From: Escherichia coli
Lineage (GTDB): Bacteria; Pseudomonadota; Gammaproteobacteria; Enterobacterales; Enterobacteriaceae
DNA: 64,000 bases
NCBI RefSeq assembly: GCF_044647545.1
Contig: NZ_CP172818.1
Reading direction: 5' to 3' (one strand)
Under the pieces are notes generated by a model that worked only from the letters and a program-made list of their open reading frames with translations, had not been told where the DNA came from and searched no databases. A program made the position numbers and the translations under genes. Position 1 is the stretch's first letter. Each line of letters opens with the position of its first letter. Positions 59,612 through 64,000 of the stretch are shown one piece after another.

Positions 59612-60331
59612 TTATTTTAAATTCCCGACCAGGGCTTTGCGACTATCTTCCAGAGTCACAACGCGGCTACAAACATCTTTGCCAAACTGTTGGAAATCTT
59701 TTTCCTGCTTTTTCCATTCGGTTTGGATTGAGGATTGCAGACCGCCCAGGCTTCCCAGCACATTCTGTAATGGGTTACCACCGCTTTTCAGCACCGCTTT
59801 CGCACCCATTTCATTAATGCTGTCCTGTAAAATTCCGCCCATTGCCTGATTCACTAATTGCTGGCCTTCGGCGCGAACCTGATCAATGGCTTTATAGTGG
59901 AACGTCAGGCCATCGCTGCGCGTTTCGATAATGCGGTTCATCTGCTCTTTCAGCTGCGCATCAAGTTTGGTCAGACGGCTGCGCATTTTGCTGCTTTCGC
60001 CCATCTCCTGAACGATAATTTTATCCAGCGCAATACGGGCTTTTTCGACGCGGCTTTTCGCGCCTTCATCAATCCACGGCAGGGTGCTACGGAGTTCAGC
60101 CTGATAATCCTTCGCCTGCTCGCGCTGGGCGGCATTCAGGGAATATTGCTTACCGTTATACATCACGTTGCCGTCTGGCGTGATCACCAGATTGCCGTTT
60201 TCGCCCTTCACCTGCACGGTTTGCGGGCTGACAATCACATCGTCACGCGGCGTGACGCTGCACTGGTAGTCGGCGTGAGCGGTCATTGCCGTCACTGAAA
60301 GTGCTGCCGCCAGCAGCATTTTGCGCATCAT
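59612..60331 (-). CDS. yggN: Periplasmic DUF2884 protein YggN
   Basis: 239-aa product with signal peptide MMRKMLLAAALSVTAMTAHA. Confidence 0.85.
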   Translation of the reverse strand: MMRKMLLAAALSVTAMTAHADYQCSVTPRDDVIVSPQTVQVKGENGNLVITPDGNVMYNGKQYSLNAAQREQAKDYQAELRSTLPWIDEGAKSRVEKARIALDKIIVQEMGESSKMRSRLTKLDAQLKEQMNRIIETRSDGLTFHYKAIDQVRAEGQQLVNQAMGGILQDSINEMGAKAVLKSGGNPLQNVLGSLGGLQSSIQTEWKKQEKDFQQFGKDVCSRVVTLEDSRKALVGNLK

Positions 60332-60339
60332 AGTCTTCC

Positions 60340-60510
60340 CTCAAGAACAAATCAGGCCAGCATTTGCTGGCCCCAGATTGATAACAAAGTGCGCGTTTTC
60401 CATGCCGGATGCGGCGTAAACGCCTTATCCAGCCTACTCGATCGTGCATCTTTATAGGCCTGATAAGCGTAGCACATCAGGCAGTTTTGCATTTGTCATC
60501 GCCCGTATGT
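60340..60510. repeat. REP/BIME cluster
   Basis: gccggatgcggcgtaaacgccttatccagcc and gcctgataagcgtagcacatcaggc palindromic units. Confidence 0.8.
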
Positions 60511-60514
60511 TTTC

Positions 60515-60841
60515 TTAGTCCCACCAAACGTCGAAAAGTTCGCTGGTGCGTACCTCGCCCAGTTTGCGCTCTTCCAGCCACTTACGCACAATCGCCTGAT
60601 GTTCTTCGGTGCATTTGCCGATTTCCTGCATGCAGATCAGACCTTCCCAGGCCAGATAACCGCTGCCGTCAAAGGCCAGTTTGTTCGGTTCGATAACCTC
60701 GTTAATAAAGTCATCAACGGTTTTATCAATCTGTTCTTCCGATGTACCTTCCGGGAATCGCCATGCCACCGAAAATCCTAATTCCTGGAATTCGTCGATG
60801 TGCATTTTTTTACGCAGACGACGGCTACGGTTCTTTGCCAT
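60515..60841 (-). CDS. yggL: DUF469 family protein YggL
   Basis: 108-aa product [29 protein letters not shown]... Confidence 0.85.
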   Translation of the reverse strand: MAKNRSRRLRKKMHIDEFQELGFSVAWRFPEGTSEEQIDKTVDDFINEVIEPNKLAFDGSGYLAWEGLICMQEIGKCTEEHQAIVRKWLEERKLGEVRTSELFDVWWD

Positions 60842-61560
60842 TATTTCACCCTCTCGAACATTAAGTCCCATACTCCGTGACCAAGACGATGACCACGTTG
60901 TTCAAATTTCGTCACCGGACGTGATGCCGGACGCGGTACGTAATCATTGCTCTCTGACAGGTTTTTATAACCGTCAATAGAAGACATCACTTCAAGCATA
61001 TGTTCCGCATAAGGTTCCCAGTCGGTCGCCATATGGAATACGCCCCCCAGTTGCAGTTTGCTTTTTACCAGTTCGGCAAACGGCACCTGAACGATACGGC
61101 GTTTATTATGGCGCGCTTTGTGCCACGGGTCAGGGAAAAAGAGCTGCACCATGCGCAATGAATTGTCAGGAATCATTTTATGCAGCACTTCAACCGCATC
61201 GTGACACATCACGCGCAGGTTGCTTAAGCCCTCTTCATGCGCAGAAGCCAGGCACGCACCAACGCCCGGTGAATGCACTTCAATGCCGAGGAAGTCCTGC
61301 TCGGGGCGATCTTTAGCCATTGCCACCAGCGACGCCCCCATGCCGAAACCAATCTCAAGCGTCACCGGCGCTTCACGGCCAAAAAGCGCAGGGAAATCCA
61401 GCATATCTTCGCTGAACTCAACGCCCATCACCGGCCAGTAGTTTTCCAGCGCATGTTCCTGGCCTTTGGTCAGTCGCCCCTGGCGGCGCACAAAACTACG
61501 GATACGGCGCAGCGGGCGGCCGTTTTCATCAAATTCCGGTGAGATGACGTCGTTTTTCAT
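60841..61560 (-). CDS. trmB: tRNA (guanine46-N7)-methyltransferase
   Basis: 239-aa product [39 protein letters not shown]... Confidence 0.95.
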   Translation of the reverse strand: MKNDVISPEFDENGRPLRRIRSFVRRQGRLTKGQEHALENYWPVMGVEFSEDMLDFPALFGREAPVTLEIGFGMGASLVAMAKDRPEQDFLGIEVHSPGVGACLASAHEEGLSNLRVMCHDAVEVLHKMIPDNSLRMVQLFFPDPWHKARHNKRRIVQVPFAELVKSKLQLGGVFHMATDWEPYAEHMLEVMSSIDGYKNLSESNDYVPRPASRPVTKFEQRGHRLGHGVWDLMFERVK

Positions 61561-61720
61561 AAAGATTTAGTCGCTTGTGAAAGTGTTCTGAAAACGGGCA
61601 TTATCCAAAGTTAGTTGCCGGATGCAAGCATGATAAGGCCGTGGCTGCGGAAAGTTCCGGTTTACACCCTGCCGTCGCTGTGCTGCAATCTTGCCCCCAA
61701 CAACAGTGAATTCGGTGACC

Positions 61721-62773
61721 ATGCAAGCGTCGCAATTTTCAGCCCAGGTTCTGGACTGGTACGATAAATACGGGCGGAAAACGCTGCCCTGGCAAATTGA
61801 CAAGACGCCCTACAAAGTATGGCTCTCAGAAGTGATGTTGCAACAAACTCAGGTTGCGACCGTTATCCCCTATTTTGAACGCTTTATGGCGCGCTTCCCA
61901 ACGGTGACCGATCTCGCCAATGCGCCGCTCGACGAAGTTCTCCACTTGTGGACCGGGCTTGGCTATTACGCCCGCGCGCGCAACCTACATAAAGCGGCAC
62001 AACAAGTGGCGGCCTTACACGGCGGTAAATTCCCGGAAACTTTTGAGGAAGTTGCAGCACTGCCAGGCGTCGGGCGTTCCACCGCAGGCGCGATTCTCTC
62101 GCTTTCTCTGGGTAAGCACTTTCCGATTCTCGACGGTAACGTCAAACGCGTGCTGGCGCGCTGCTATGCTGTAAGCGGCTGGCCTGGGAAAAAAGAGGTC
62201 GAGAATAAACTATGGAGTTTGAGCGAGCAGGTGACGCCCGCGGTCGGCGTGGAGCGGTTTAATCAGGCGATGATGGATTTGGGCGCGATGATTTGCACGC
62301 GCTCGAAGCCGAAATGCTCGCTCTGTCCGCTACAAAACGGGTGTATTGCCGCCGCCAACAATAGCTGGTCGCTTTATCCGGGCAAAAAACCAAAGCAGAC
62401 GCTACCGGAGCGCACGGGTTACTTTTTACTGTTACAGCATGATGATGAGGTATTGCTGGCGCAACGCCCGCCGAGTGGATTGTGGGGCGGTTTATACTGT
62501 TTCCCACAGTTTGCCGACGAAGAAAGTTTGCGGCAGTGGCTGGCGCAACGGCAGATTGCTGCCGATAACCTGACGCAACTGACCGCGTTTCGGCATACCT
62601 TCAGCCATTTCCACTTAGATATTGTGCCTATGTGGCTTCCCGTGTCGTCATTCACCGGCTGCATGGATGAAGGCAATGCGCTCTGGTATAACTTAGCGCA
62701 ACCGCCGTCAGTTGGCCTGGCGGCTCCCGTGGAGCGTTTGTTACAGCAGTTACGCACTGGCGCGCCGGTTTAG
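61721..62773 (+). CDS. mutY: Adenine DNA glycosylase
   Basis: 350-aa product [25 protein letters not shown]... with HhH-GPD and 4Fe-4S Cys cluster ([17 protein letters not shown]). Confidence 0.95.
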   Translation: MQASQFSAQVLDWYDKYGRKTLPWQIDKTPYKVWLSEVMLQQTQVATVIPYFERFMARFPTVTDLANAPLDEVLHLWTGLGYYARARNLHKAAQQVAALHGGKFPETFEEVAALPGVGRSTAGAILSLSLGKHFPILDGNVKRVLARCYAVSGWPGKKEVENKLWSLSEQVTPAVGVERFNQAMMDLGAMICTRSKPKCSLCPLQNGCIAAANNSWSLYPGKKPKQTLPERTGYFLLLQHDDEVLLAQRPPSGLWGGLYCFPQFADEESLRQWLAQRQIAADNLTQLTAFRHTFSHFHLDIVPMWLPVSSFTGCMDEGNALWYNLAQPPSVGLAAPVERLLQQLRTGAPV

Positions 62774-62797
62774 CGCGTGAGTCGATAAAGAGGATGA

Positions 62798-63076
<279 letters not shown>

Positions 63077-63113
63077 AAACAGTGCCGGAGCACGCCTCCG
63101 GCAACTTGCATAA

Positions 63114-64000
<887 letters not shown>

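Overview
This window is a contiguous stretch of Escherichia/Shigella-type chromosome, syntenic with the E. coli K-12 region running bglA - gcvTHP - ubiH/ubiI - pepP - ygfB - zapA - ssrS - ygfA - serA - rpiA - argP - sbm/argK/scpB/scpC - ygfI - yggE - argO - mscS - fbaA/pgk/epd - yggCDF - yggP - cmtAB - tktA - loiP - speBA - metK - galP - sprT - endA - rsmE - gshB - yqgE - ruvX - yggR/S/T/U - rdgB - hemW - yggM - ansB - yggN - yggL - trmB - mutY - yggX - mltC. About 60 protein genes are recognisable from the translated ORFs, plus the 6S RNA gene and the ibsC/SibC type I toxin-antitoxin pair. Gene identities come from my recognition of the protein sequences, not from a database search; canonical starts were preferred over the longest ORF in the track. 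I found no convincing novel multi-gene system: no CRISPR array, prophage, integron or defence island. What departs from the conserved backbone is: (1) a decayed locus between rpiA and argP holding a LysR fragment, a small secreted ORF and a NOX/ferric-reductase-like gene with at least three frameshifts and a defective IS1 insertion with a perfect 9-bp target-site duplication; (2) a 1-nt deletion frameshift in sbm/scpA; (3) an in-frame amber codon in yggP; (4) three non-coding segments of aberrant composition (homopolymer-rich ~36.78-37.32 kb, a 35-nt poly(A) at 41.53 kb, and an A/C-rich ~1.2 kb block at 56.08-57.27 kb) that do not look like native enterobacterial sequence and are most likely assembly, engineering or synthetic artefacts. 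Comparisons to K-12 gene order and spacing are from memory and were not computed.
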